This document shows positions 52,885 to 63,596 of a DNA stretch of 64,000 nucleotides, one piece after another. Every line of letters starts with the position of its first letter. Position 1 is the first letter of the stretch. The translations under genes were made by a program, and so were the position numbers. The stretch is taken from NCBI GenBank assembly GCA_963806225.1, contig CAWDXG010000001.1, positions 1-64,000 on the forward strand, written 5' to 3'. The stretch is from an uncultured delta proteobacterium. Its GTDB lineage: Bacteria > Myxococcota_A > Polyangia > Polyangiales > Polyangiaceae. Below the pieces are notes generated by a model that worked only from the letters and a program-made list of their open reading frames with translations, did no database searches and was not told where the DNA came from.

Positions 52885-53690
52885 TGCCGCCACGACGGCG
52901 AGCGCCAGCGACGTCGCGGGAAAGGAAGCCCTCTGCCGCTACATCCTCCGCCCGCCGATCGCCGCCGAGCGCGTGCAGCTCGTCGAGGGCGACCTCGTCC
53001 GCCTGGTGCTGAAGCGGCCGTTCAGCGACGGGACATTCGCCATCGATCTGGATCCGCTCTCGCTGCTCTGCCGGCTCGCGACGGCGGTGCCGCCCCCGCG
53101 CTTCAACACGGTGAGATACGCCGGCGTGCTCGCGGCGGCGAGCAAGTGGCGCGCGCGCATCGTGCCGCCGCTGCCACCGGAAACAGGCAGCGACGACGAG
53201 TGCGCGAGGTGCACCGCCAGGAAGGCCAAGCCGGCCACCCACCGCTCGGGCTATCGCCCGTGGGCGGAGCTCTTGAAGCGCTCCTTCCGCATCGAGGTCG
53301 AGCTCTGCAACAAGTGCGGCGGACGCATGAAATTGCGCGCTCTGGTCATCACCGCCGCCGGCATCCGCCGCTACCTCCGCTGGCTCGGCGAGGCCAGCGA
53401 GCCGCCCGCGCTCGCGCCCGCGAGGGGGCCGCCGTTCTTCCAGAGCGTTGCCCTCCGTCGCAAGCTCGGTGAGCCCGTGCAGGCGGAGCTGTTCGACGCG
53501 CACTGAACGCGCCGTCGCCGGCGCACCGGTGCGCCTCGAGCGCGCTACCCGCCGCGACGCAGGCCCGACCGAGCGCCGAATGGCCACGCCGCAGCCTTCC
53601 TATCCGCCCCGGCAACCGCACCTGCTCCCTTCCCGCCCGGAGCCTGCGCGCCCTGGCGTCGCGGGCAGGACGCTCATGTTACCTACGCGC
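52885..53690 (+). mobile_element. Family-B copy, 5'-truncated (~806 bp)
   Basis: Near-identical to about 10321-11126. Confidence 0.93.
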
Positions 53691-53887
53691 CCAAGCTGCC
53701 CGCCGCCTGGCGCTCGCTGACCTCGCTCGAAGCGACCACACGCCTCATCGAGCGCGCCCACGTCGGCGTCGCGCCAGGCACCGGCTTCGGCGCCCGCGGC
53801 GAAGGCTACGTGCGCTTCGCGCTGATCGAGGATCCTCCGCGCATCAACGAGGCGTGCGAGCGGATCCGCGAAGCGCTGAAGGGTTGA
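53691..53887 (+). pseudogene. C-terminal fragment of a class I/II aminotransferase
   Basis: KLP..LIERAHVGVAPGTGFGARGEGYVRFALIE..RINEACERIRE*. Confidence 0.82.
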
Positions 53888-54128
53888 TCGCGCGCAACTG
53901 ACGGGCGGCGCGGGGCACGTTGTGCTCCGCGCGCGCTCCACGCAGGCGTTGCTGCGCGCTCGCTCGATGCGCAGCGGCTGCGGGGCTCCACTGCTGCTGC
54001 GAAGCGATTGCAGGGACGCCGAGGCAACCCGGTCCGACATGACCGTTCAGTTCGGCACGGGAGTTGCCGGGAGGGTGTCGTAGGGGGAGTCCGGTCTCGT
54101 GACTGGACCTGTCGAGGGGAGGCTTCGC

Positions 54129-55466
54129 ATGGCCCGCACGCGTTTCGCTCTGGTCGCGCTATTGCTCATGGCACTCGAGCCCGGCTGCGCAGGCAACGAA
54201 CCCGCCGGCGGCGCGGGAGGTGCGGCGGGGAGCGCCGGCACGGGAGGCGCAGCGGGGAGCGCCGGCACGACCTCGTGTCCAGCGGGCTACGCCGAGTGCG
54301 ACGGCAACGCCGCGACCGTGTGCGAGACCGCGCTCGCCAGCGACCCGCTCAACTGTGGGGCCTGCGGCAAGTCGTGCACGGCCGGCGCGAACCAGAGCGC
54401 GGCGTGCGCGGCGGGTCAATGCACGGTGGGCTGCGCCACGGGTTTCCTTGACTGCGATCTCGACGCGACCAACGGCTGCGAAGTGGACGCGACGACGGAC
54501 GCTCAGCACTGTGGAAGCTGCGACCGCAACTGCGGTGCGACTGCGTGTAGCAATTCCATGTGCGAGGTGACGACGCTCGCTTCCGGTCTGGCGTCACCGA
54601 TCGCGATCACGGTCGATCAGACCCACGTCTACTGGGCGAACTTCGTCCAGAGCGGGTCCGTCATGCGCGTGCCCAAGGCGGGAGGAGCCGGCGAGACACT
54701 GGCCGCCGACATTCCCGACTCCTACGAGGTCCTGGTCGATGGGGACAACCTGTACTTCAGCGCGCAGGGCAACCCACCTGCGGCGAACGGCGGGCTCTAC
54801 CGCATGCCGAAGAGCGGGGGAACGGTCGTCCCTCTCGCCGAGCACAGGGTCGCGGCGAACGAGATGTGCGTAGATGACACGTACATCTACTGGGCCGACA
54901 ACAGCTACCAGGGGACGCCGGGCGCCAGCATCCAGCGCCTCCCCAAAGTCGGCGGTAGCCCCGAGCAGGTCGTGTCCGGCGAGCAGCAGATCGTCGATGT
55001 CCGCACCTTCCAGGGACAGCTGTACTGGATGACGGCAGGGACAGTCGCCGGTAACTACGCGGACGGTATGATCGTGCGCTCCGGGCTCGACGGCAGCTCG
55101 CGCACCGTGCTGGTCACGGGCATCAACCAGCCCTCGTACGAGCTCGGGGTGACGTCCCAGAAGCTGTACTTTGGCAGCCGCGGCGACCTCACCGTTCTCT
55201 CGGCGCCGCTTGCTGGCGGTACACCGCAGGTGATCGGCACTACGCCGGGCGACCAGCGCTCGGTGGAGGTTGCGGGTGACTACCTCTACGTCACGTCGGG
55301 CACGGCCGGGACGCTTGAGCGCATTCCGCTTTCGGGTGGCGCGCCGCTCGTCCTGGCCACGGGACAGGTGCGGGCGTTCGAGATCGTCACCGACGACGAC
55401 TACGTCTACTGGTCCGACGCCGGATCGAACGCCATCGACGGCGCCATCCGCCGGACTGCACGCTGA
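54129..55466 (+). CDS. Lipoprotein, Cys-rich repeats plus predicted beta-propeller
   Basis: LEPGC, DPLNCGACG, ITVDQTHVYW-type blades. Confidence 0.88.
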   Translation: MARTRFALVALLLMALEPGCAGNEPAGGAGGAAGSAGTGGAAGSAGTTSCPAGYAECDGNAATVCETALASDPLNCGACGKSCTAGANQSAACAAGQCTVGCATGFLDCDLDATNGCEVDATTDAQHCGSCDRNCGATACSNSMCEVTTLASGLASPIAITVDQTHVYWANFVQSGSVMRVPKAGGAGETLAADIPDSYEVLVDGDNLYFSAQGNPPAANGGLYRMPKSGGTVVPLAEHRVAANEMCVDDTYIYWADNSYQGTPGASIQRLPKVGGSPEQVVSGEQQIVDVRTFQGQLYWMTAGTVAGNYADGMIVRSGLDGSSRTVLVTGINQPSYELGVTSQKLYFGSRGDLTVLSAPLAGGTPQVIGTTPGDQRSVEVAGDYLYVTSGTAGTLERIPLSGGAPLVLATGQVRAFEIVTDDDYVYWSDAGSNAIDGAIRRTAR

Positions 55467-55628
55467 CCCGACCGTTGGTTGTCAGTGGTCGTCCCAAACA
55501 GCGCGTATCCGGTCGTGTGATGGCGGCGGGACCCGGAATCGCGCAGGGGTGATGCCCGGGATCGCGCTGGCCGGGTGGGCCATGCGCCGACGATCGCCCG
55601 GGCCCGACGTGTTGTACAATCCCGGGTC

Positions 55629-57248
55629 ATGCGTACGCTGCTGGCGGCCCCGATCGCCGCGCTGGTCCTCTGGGGATGTTCGAGCTCGAGCAATGCGACG
55701 TCGGACAGCATCGCGTTCAAGCCCATGGGCTCGCTGTCCACGCCGGCCGGCAGGGGCAGCTTCCGCTTCGGCGTGGCCAGCGCTGCAACCCAGATAGAAG
55801 ATCAGGACACGAACACCGACTGGTACCTGTGGACGAAGCCAAAGGACCAGGGCGGGCTCGGTCAGGGCAAAGCGTTCGTGGGCGACGCCGTCATGGGATA
55901 CACGAAAGCCATCGACGATATTGCCCTGATGAAGGCGATGCATCTCGACTCGTATCGCTTCAGCATCGAGTGGGCGCGGGTGGAGCCGACACGCGGGCAC
56001 TACGACGAGGCCGCGCTCTCGCACTACAGCGACGAGATCGATGCGCTGATCGCCGCCGGCATCAGGCCGATGATAACCGTGCACCACTTCTCGAACCCGG
56101 TGTGGGTCGACGACCCGCGCGATCCCAACTGTGCGAACGGGCCGAGCGACACGAACCTGTGCGGCCTTGGCCACCCACAGGGCGGGCCGTTGGTGATCGA
56201 TGCCATGGCGAAATTCGCGAAGCTGCTTGCCGAGCGCTTCGGGGATCGTGTGGACGAGTGGGGGACGCTCAACGAACCGGTGAACTATCTGGTGGCGAGC
56301 TATGGCGTGGGCCAGTTCCCTCCGGGGAAGAAGTACATGTTCAGCCTGCTCGACAAGTTCGTGCCGGTGGTGCGCGACTACCTCTCGGCGCACGCCGCCA
56401 TGTACAAGGCGATCAAGGCCGCGGACACGACCGACGCCGACGGCGACGGCGTCGCGGCCAGCGTGGGTATGACGCTGAGCGTGGGCGAGTGGGTGCCGGC
56501 GCGCTTCGGCGAAGTCAGCGACGACCCGGCGGACATCGCTGCGCGCGACGCGGTCGTGTACGTGTACCACCACCTGCCCGTGGACTCGCTGCGGGGCGGT
56601 AGCTTCGACGCGAACCTCGACGGCACGCCTGACGAGGATCACCCCGATTGGAAGGGCACGCTCGACTGGCTTGGCGTGCAGTACTACTTCCGCGCTGGCG
56701 TCACCGGCAACAACGGGCTTATCCCGGTGCTGAACGCTACGCCGTGCTTCAGCGGCTTCGACATCGGCGGCGCGTGTATCAAGCCGCTCGACCGTACGTT
56801 CTGCGTGCCGGAGATGGGCTACGAGTACGATCCCGAAGGGCTGTACGACGTGCTCCACGATTTCGGCAAGCGCTGGCCGGACCTGCCGCTTGTGGTCACC
56901 GAGGGCGGCATCGCCACCCACGTGGGCGAGCGCCGCGCCGAAAACATCGTGCGCACGCTCGAGCAGATCGACCGCGCGCGGCGCGGCGGCGCGGATGTGC
57001 GCGGCTACTATCACTGGAGCTTGATGGACAACTTCGAGTGGGCCGAGGGCTTCGCGCCGAAGTTCGGGCTCTACTCTGTGGATCTCACGACACAGAAGCG
57101 CACACCGACCCTGGGCGCCGACGTACTCGGCAAGATCGCCGGCGCGCACGCACTTGGCGCCGCGCTCCGCCACAAATACGGCGGCACCGGCCCGATGACG
57201 CCCGACCCCGAGTTCTCCGCGGACGCGACGTTCTGCACCGGCAAGTAG
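55629..57248 (+). CDS. Glycoside hydrolase family 1 lipoprotein
   Basis: LWGC lipobox, YRFSIEWARVEP, TLNEP, VTEGG, WSLMDNFEWAEGF..FGL. Confidence 0.95.
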   Translation: MRTLLAAPIAALVLWGCSSSSNATSDSIAFKPMGSLSTPAGRGSFRFGVASAATQIEDQDTNTDWYLWTKPKDQGGLGQGKAFVGDAVMGYTKAIDDIALMKAMHLDSYRFSIEWARVEPTRGHYDEAALSHYSDEIDALIAAGIRPMITVHHFSNPVWVDDPRDPNCANGPSDTNLCGLGHPQGGPLVIDAMAKFAKLLAERFGDRVDEWGTLNEPVNYLVASYGVGQFPPGKKYMFSLLDKFVPVVRDYLSAHAAMYKAIKAADTTDADGDGVAASVGMTLSVGEWVPARFGEVSDDPADIAARDAVVYVYHHLPVDSLRGGSFDANLDGTPDEDHPDWKGTLDWLGVQYYFRAGVTGNNGLIPVLNATPCFSGFDIGGACIKPLDRTFCVPEMGYEYDPEGLYDVLHDFGKRWPDLPLVVTEGGIATHVGERRAENIVRTLEQIDRARRGGADVRGYYHWSLMDNFEWAEGFAPKFGLYSVDLTTQKRTPTLGADVLGKIAGAHALGAALRHKYGGTGPMTPDPEFSADATFCTGK

Positions 57249-57369
57249 GAGGGGGCCAACAACCGATGTGCGGATCGGATCCACCGGTTCCGTCGGCGGG
57301 CTGGATCCGGGATCCACTGGATCGCACAGACGCGCAGAGAGCGGGGCAATCGCGATGGAACGCGCTTTG

Positions 57370-58726
57370 CTCACGCTGCCGTTCGAGCTGAGAGCCCGGC
57401 TCGCCTACGACGGGGAGCTCCCGGGCGCGGTGTGCCGCGGGTTCGTGGACTCGCTGCTCGCCTGGTACCAACGTCGCCTGCGGGCGCGCGGCATCGAGGG
57501 CGGCCGGGGCGGCGCGGTCACCGCCGTGCAGCGCGTCTCGAGCGATCTGCGGCTCAATCCGCACTTCCACACGCTCGCGCTGGATGGGGTGTTCGCCGAA
57601 GACGAGGAGGGCGACGAGCTCTCGTTCCACGCGCTGCCGTGTCTCACCAACGACGACGTCGCCGACCTCTTGCAGATCGCGCGGGCGCGGATCCTCGCGC
57701 TCCTCCGTCGCAAGCGCGTGATCACCGACGACGCCGTCACGGCCGACGCCGCGCTCGGCGAGAGCGAGCCCGCGCTGGCAGAGCTCGCCGTCGCCTCGAC
57801 GCTCGGCAGCGTGCCGGCAGGACCCGCGCTGCGCCGCCGCGAGCCCGTCCGGCTGCGCGACGACCGCGGCCTGGAAGTCACCAAGGGTCTGTGCGCCGTG
57901 GAGGGCGGCTTCTCGCTCCATGCCGCCACTACCGCGAGCGCCAGCGACGTCGCGGGAAAGGAAGCCCTCTGCCGCTACATCCTCCGCCCGCCGATCGCCG
58001 CCGAGCGCGTGCAGCTCGTCGAGGGCGACCTCGTCCGCCTGGTGCTGAAGCGGCCGTTCAGCGACGGGACATTCGCCATCGATCTGGATCCGCTCTCGCT
58101 CCTCTGCCGGCTCGCGACGGCGGTGCCGCCCCCGCGCTTCAACACGGTGAGATACGCCGGCGTGCTCGCGGCGGCGAGCAAGTGGCGCGCGCGCATCGTG
58201 CCGCCGCTGCCACCGGAAACAGGCAGCGACGACGAGTGCGCGAGGTGCACCGCCAGGAAGGCCAAGCCGGCCACCCACCGCTCGGGCTATCGCCCGTGGG
58301 CGGAGCTCTTGAAGCGCTCCTTCCGCATCGATGTCGAGCGCTGCAGCAAGTGCGGCGGACGCTTGAAAATGCGCGCGCTGGTGATCACCGCCGCCGGCAT
58401 CCGCCGCTACCTCCGCTGGCTCGGCGAGGCCAGCGAGCCGCCCGCGCTCGCGCCCGCGAGGGGGCCGCCGTTCTTCCAGAGCGTTGCCCTCCGTCGCAAG
58501 CTCGGTGAGCCCGTGCAGGCGGAGCTGTTCGACGCGCACTGAACGCGCCGTCGCCGGCGCACCGGTGCGCCTCGAGCGCGCTACCCGCCGCGACGCAGGC
58601 CCGACCGAGCGCCGAATGGCCACGCCGCAGCCTTCCTATCCGCCCTGGCAACCGCACCTGCTCCCTTGCCGCCCGGAGCCTGCGCGCCCTGGCGTCGCGG
58701 GCAGGACGCTCATGTTACCTACGCGC
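57370..58726 (+). mobile_element. Family-B copy, 5'-truncated (~1357 bp), mosaic 5' part
   Basis: Matches about 9770-11126 except a diverged patch at about 57447-57510. Confidence 0.93.
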
Positions 58727-58745
58727 AGCGCGCAAGTATCGACAC

Positions 58746-59633
58746 TCAGGTCCGCGCCATGACGTCCCCGATGCACTGGCGCATACGGCTGACGTGGGCG
58801 GCGTTCGCCAGGGCCTTCGGCGAGAGCAGGCGAACCGTCAGGGTGCGGCCGATGACGTCTTCCAGCACTGGAACGGTCGGGACGAGCGGCGCCAAGGCAG
58901 GCGGTAGAAGTCCGTCCGGCACCCAGGCGATGCCGGTGCCGCACTCGGCCATGTAGTGCAACGTCAGGATGTCGTTCAACGTCGCTGCGGGGCGGATCGG
59001 CACCTCTCCGCCTGCGAGCAGCGGCAGGTGTTCGATCGGCTCAGCCTGACCGGGCTGGTAGGCGAAGAGGACGTGCTGTGCGAGATCGGCCGGCTGCTCG
59101 ACGGGTGAATGGCTGTCGAGGTACTCCCGGCTCGCGAGCAGTCGTTGGGGGATCGGCGTCTTCCCCACCACGGTCCACGTGTCGGGCACCGGAAAGTCAC
59201 CGACGATGATCGCGAGGTCGACGGTATCCTGCAGCGAAGCGAGCGGCCGATCCTCGATTCTGAAGTCGATGGTGAGCTTCGAGAAGCTGGCTCGCAGGGC
59301 GCGGACGATCTCGTTGATCAGGCCGGGGTGGAAGCCGGGCGGCACGATGACGCGGAGCGGACCGTTGGGCTCCGAGTCCAGCGTGGAAGCAGCGCGTACC
59401 AGTATGCCGGCCTCGGCCACCATCTTGCGGCCACCGCCCACGATGACGGCGCCGGCCGGGGTGGGTACGAGGCCCTTGGTCGTGCGGCGGAAGAGCGGCG
59501 CGCCGACTTCCGCTTCTGCCTCGAGGAGCCGGCGTCGCACGGTGGCCCGGGCCGCGGAGAGCGACGACGCTGCGGCCTGGATCGAGCCCGCGTCGGCGAT
59601 CGCCACAAGATACCGCAAACCTTCGAGATCCAT
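58746..59633 (-). CDS. LysR-family transcriptional regulator
   Basis: MDLEGLRYLVAIADAGSIQAAA..VGAPLFRRTTKGLVPTPAG. Confidence 0.93.
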   Translation of the reverse strand: MDLEGLRYLVAIADAGSIQAAASSLSAARATVRRRLLEAEAEVGAPLFRRTTKGLVPTPAGAVIVGGGRKMVAEAGILVRAASTLDSEPNGPLRVIVPPGFHPGLINEIVRALRASFSKLTIDFRIEDRPLASLQDTVDLAIIVGDFPVPDTWTVVGKTPIPQRLLASREYLDSHSPVEQPADLAQHVLFAYQPGQAEPIEHLPLLAGGEVPIRPAATLNDILTLHYMAECGTGIAWVPDGLLPPALAPLVPTVPVLEDVIGRTLTVRLLSPKALANAAHVSRMRQCIGDVMART

Positions 59634-59725
59634 GCGTCCTGGCTGGTGGCAAGAAGGCTACCACCGGGTGGCAACTATCCGCCATTCCCACGAGCTCCTT
59701 GCAGGTGCGATTGTTCGAGGCTTGG

Positions 59726-62669
59726 ATGAGAGTTCCGTCGAGCAAGAGGAGTCGCTCCGAGTTACTGGACACGGTGCTGCGCGAGCCGGGGGCTAGAGCC
59801 CGGGTTGGCTGGAAGCGGCTGGAGCTGCAGGGCGGGGAGTGGTTCTGGCGCCGCGGCGAGCCTGCCGATTGCCTGGCCTGGATCGAGCGCGGCTCGCTCC
59901 GGGTCCTGGTCGACGGCGACGAGCGGGGAGTGGTCGGCGCCGGCGAGCTGCTCGGTGAAGCTTCGGCCCTGACGCCTCACGAGCGGCGCACCGCGGATCT
60001 GCAGGCCATCCGACCGACCGTGCTGTGGACGCTGGGGCGCGCCCGGCTTGTCAGGTTGCGCCGCGAGCAGCCGGCGTTCTTCGACGCGGTGCTGGACGCG
60101 GCCATCGCGACGCTCTCGGCGCGGCTCTCGGAGAACGAGCACGAGCTCGCCCGGCGCCGCGAAGGCGAGGACGTGGTCGTGTCGACGGCGCCCGGCATGT
60201 TCCGGCGGCTCGTTCGCGGCCTCGCCGGGCGCGCCGCGCCGCCGAGCTTCGCGGCGAGTCTGCCCGCGCTCGACCAGAGCGAGGACGCGGTCGTCGAGGA
60301 GCTGGCTGCCACAGCCCAGCCGCTGTTCCTGGAGCCGGGAGAGGCGTTGTGTCTCGAAGGCGACCCCGCCGATTCGATGTACCTGGTGGCAGAGGGGAGC
60401 TTCCGCGTCGTGCTCGCTTCGGCGAAAGGCGGCGTCATCGAAGCTGGGAAGGTCGGACCGGCCTCGTTGCTCGGGACGAGTGCGATGCTGCAGGGCCGCC
60501 CGCGCACCGCGTCGCTGGTCGCAACCGAGCCGACCTGGGTGTACGAGCTGTCCCGCGAGGCGATCGGAGCGCTGTCCGATGCGACCTGGCGTGCGCTGGC
60601 GGAGCTGCTGCTGGTCGCGCTGCGCGAGCAACTCGTCCGCGTGCACGCGTCGACTATCCGGTCGAAGGGCGCGCGCGGCACCATCTCGCTCGAGGACGCC
60701 ATGCCGCTGCTCGGAGACCTGCAGGGCTGGAGCCTGGACCGAGCGGTGCTGGTCACCCTGTCGGAGCTACCGGATCTCGGCCCGCCTCTGGAGCTCGAGC
60801 CCGCGACCCGCGAGAAGATCGAGCTGGTACGGAAACTCCGTCGTCGGCTGCAACGTCGCGCTGCGCGGTCCATTCGGGCTCAAACGCGTGGTCTACGCCG
60901 ACTACACGGCGTCGGGACGGCCGCTGGGCTTCATCGAAGCATACCTGCGCGAGCGCGTGATGCCGCTCTACGCCAACACGCACACCGAGGCGTCGGCGAG
61001 CGGGCTGCAGACGACGGAGTTTCGCGAACAAGCGCGGAAGATCGTGCTGGAGAGTGTCGGCGGTGACGAGCGTGACGCGGTGATCTTCGTCGGCTCGGGC
61101 GCCACGGGCGCGGTCAACAAGCTGGTCGGGATCCTCAACCTGAAGATCCCGCCGGATCTGGACGCACGCCACGGGTTGTCGAAGATGATCCCGGCGGATG
61201 AACGCCCGGTGGTGTTCGTTGGCCCGTACGAACACCACAGCAACATCCTCCCGTGGAAGCACACCATCGCCAACGTCGTGACGATCGGGCTGGACGAGGA
61301 AGGTCAGGTCGACTTGCGCGAGCTCGAGGAGCGGCTCGTGGAGTACGCCGACCGCCCGCTGAAGATCGGGACATTCTCCGCGGCGTCCAACGTCACCGGT
61401 ATCAAGGCGGACACCATCGCGTTGGCGACGCTGCTGCACCGGCACGGCGCGCTTTCTTTCTGGGACTATGCAGCGGCCGCGCCCTACGTGCAGATCGCGA
61501 TGAACCCCTCCGGGCCCGGGGTCGACGAGGCGCTCGCGCGCAAGGACGCGATCTTCATCTCGCCGCACAAGTTCGTCGGGGGGCCCGGCACGCCAGGCGT
61601 GCTCGTCATCAAGCGCGCGCTCGCCGGAAACACGGTGCCTGCAGATCCAGGCGGCGGCACGGTGGACTTCGTCTCGTCGGCGCAAGCCCTCTACACGGAA
61701 GCGATCGAGGCACGCGAGGAGGGCGGTACGCCCGAGATCCTCGGCTCGATTCGCTGCGGGCTGGTCTTCCAGCTCAAGCAGCAGATCGGTGCCGGGACCA
61801 TCGAGGCCGTCGAGCACGACTACGTGCGGCGTGCGATCCGGGCGTGGCGCGCGAACCCGGCGATCGAGATTGTCGGCAACCCCGACGCGGACCGGCTGTC
61901 CATCACGTCGTTCCTGGTCCGGCACGGGCGGCGCTTCCTCCACTACGGGTTGGTGGTTGCGCTGCTCAACGACGTCTTCGGCATCCAGGCTCGTGGCGGA
62001 TGCTCGTGTGCCGGGCCCTACGGCGGCTTGCTGATGGGTCTTGGCGAAGGCGCAGGACAGGGGCTCTTCGCGTGCGCGGCCAAGGGCTGGAGCTCCGTCA
62101 AGCCGGGCTGGGCGCGCGTGAACTTCAACTACTTCATCGGGGAGGACGAGCTCCGCTACGTGGTGTCGGCGGTGCAGCTCGTCGCGGTCTACGGCTGGGC
62201 GCTCGCGCCGCGCTACGACTTCGATCCGCGCTCCGGACTCTGGACCCACCACGACGTTCGCGGCCACGGACACCGCGTCGCCCGCCTCGAGGAGCTACGC
62301 ATCGATGGCGGCGTCGCGGCCTGGAACGAGCAGTGGCCCACGGCGCCGGCGTCCGCCCTGGAGGAACAGCTCGCCCAGGGGCGTGCACTGCTCGAAGCTG
62401 CGCTCGAGCAGTCGCCACCCGCGCTCGAGGCCGCCCCGCTGGAGTCGGAGGTCGAGGCCCTGCGCTGGTTCCCGCTGCCTCACGAACTGGCCGCCGATCT
62501 TCGCGAGCACCAGCGGGCGCGCGGCGCCGAGGACGCCCGGCTCTCGGCGTATCGCAACGCGTTACAGGCGTATGGGACGACGGGGGCATCGTTCATGCGC
62601 GTCGCGCTCTCGGTCTCACCCGAGGAGCACGCCACCGTCGTGCAGGAGCTCGCGGCCGAGCCGCGCTGA
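59726..62669 (+). CDS. Tandem cNMP-binding domains fused to a class-V PLP (cysteine desulfurase-like) enzyme; one extra base near 60835 splits the frame
   Basis: GELLGE..RRTA and LLGTSA..PRTAS cNMP motifs; YADYTASGR, YANTHTE, EHHSN, SPHKFVGGPG, RGGCSCAGPYG. Confidence 0.85.
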
Positions 62670-62678
62670 GGAATTGCC

Positions 62679-63596
62679 ATGTGTCGTGCGCTTGCATACC
62701 TTGGTCCGCCCCTCGTCGTAGACGAGCTGTTGTACCGGCCCGACAGCTCGCTCGTCCGGCAGTCCTACGAGCCCCAGTTGCTCGAGATGTTGAACCTCGG
62801 CGGCTTCGGCATGGTGGCGTGGGACCTGTCCTCGCACTTGCCGGAGCGGCCGTGGATGTACCGCTCGACCGAGCTTCCGATCTACGACGCGAACCTGAAA
62901 GCGTTGGCAGAGAAGCTGCGTGCGGGCTGCATGCTCGCGCACGTGCGCGGGATCCAGTATCGCGCGGACGCCGGCTTCGGTACCCACAACCTGCACCCCT
63001 TCTTCTACGAGGGACGGCGTTGGGCGATGGCACACAACGGGGAACTCGTCGGACACTCGAAGATGCGCTTCGATCTGTTGGCGAGCGCCACGCCGGGCGT
63101 GCGCGAGCAGGTCCGCGGCACCACCGACAGCGAGACCGTCTACGCGCTGGTGCTCTCCGAGCTCGAACGGAGTGGCCGCGACGATCCCGACGCCTTGCTC
63201 GACGCCATCCACACCACGTTGCACACCCTGCGCGAGGTGCGCGCCGCGCACGGCGTCGACGTGAGCAGCGCGCTCAACCTCTTCTTCTGCGATGGGCAGT
63301 CGATTGTCGGGTTGCGATACACCTTCGACTACGGCCGCTACCCGCTTTCGGATCTGGAACGCTCGGCGGCTGCTGGCCACCAGTACCTGAGCCTCTGGTT
63401 CACGACCGGCGAAGCGTATCGATGCGTCGACGGCGTCTGGCGCATGGTCGGGGATCCGGGCTCGACCGACGCAGTGGCGGTCGCCTCGGAGCCGCTGACC
63501 CGCAACGTCACCGGCTGGGTGGAGCTACCGGAGTACGGCGCACTGCTGGTGGATCGCGCAGGGGGGCGCGTCGAGTTGCTCGAGGTCGAACATTGA
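62679..63596 (+). CDS. Class II (Ntn) glutamine amidotransferase, EgtC/YafJ-like
   Basis: MCR N-terminus, GFGMVAW, LAHVR, NLHPF, AHNG, GTTDSE, ASEPL. Confidence 0.92.
   Translation: MCRALAYLGPPLVVDELLYRPDSSLVRQSYEPQLLEMLNLGGFGMVAWDLSSHLPERPWMYRSTELPIYDANLKALAEKLRAGCMLAHVRGIQYRADAGFGTHNLHPFFYEGRRWAMAHNGELVGHSKMRFDLLASATPGVREQVRGTTDSETVYALVLSELERSGRDDPDALLDAIHTTLHTLREVRAAHGVDVSSALNLFFCDGQSIVGLRYTFDYGRYPLSDLERSAAAGHQYLSLWFTTGEAYRCVDGVWRMVGDPGSTDAVAVASEPLTRNVTGWVELPEYGALLVDRAGGRVELLEVEH

Noticed and set aside
57268..58542. 424-aa ORF as an intact transposase
   Set aside because: It lacks the Zn-binding N-terminus; its first ~34 codons are unrelated flanking DNA.
2372..58726. Integron (attC array) or CRISPR interpretation of the repeats
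   Set aside because: No IntI or cas genes. Repeats are 170-1900 bp, in both orientations, and derive from transposase elements.
9182..58726. Retroelement origin of the 5'-truncated copies
   Set aside because: No reverse transcriptase, poly(A) tail or target duplication; the encoded enzyme is an HUH transposase.
60825..60845. Programmed frameshift in the cNMP-PLP gene
   Set aside because: No clear slippery site. One extra A in CGGAAAC explains it, and similar single-base breaks at about 23280, 24700, 28930, 29780 and 36618 suggest sequencing indels.
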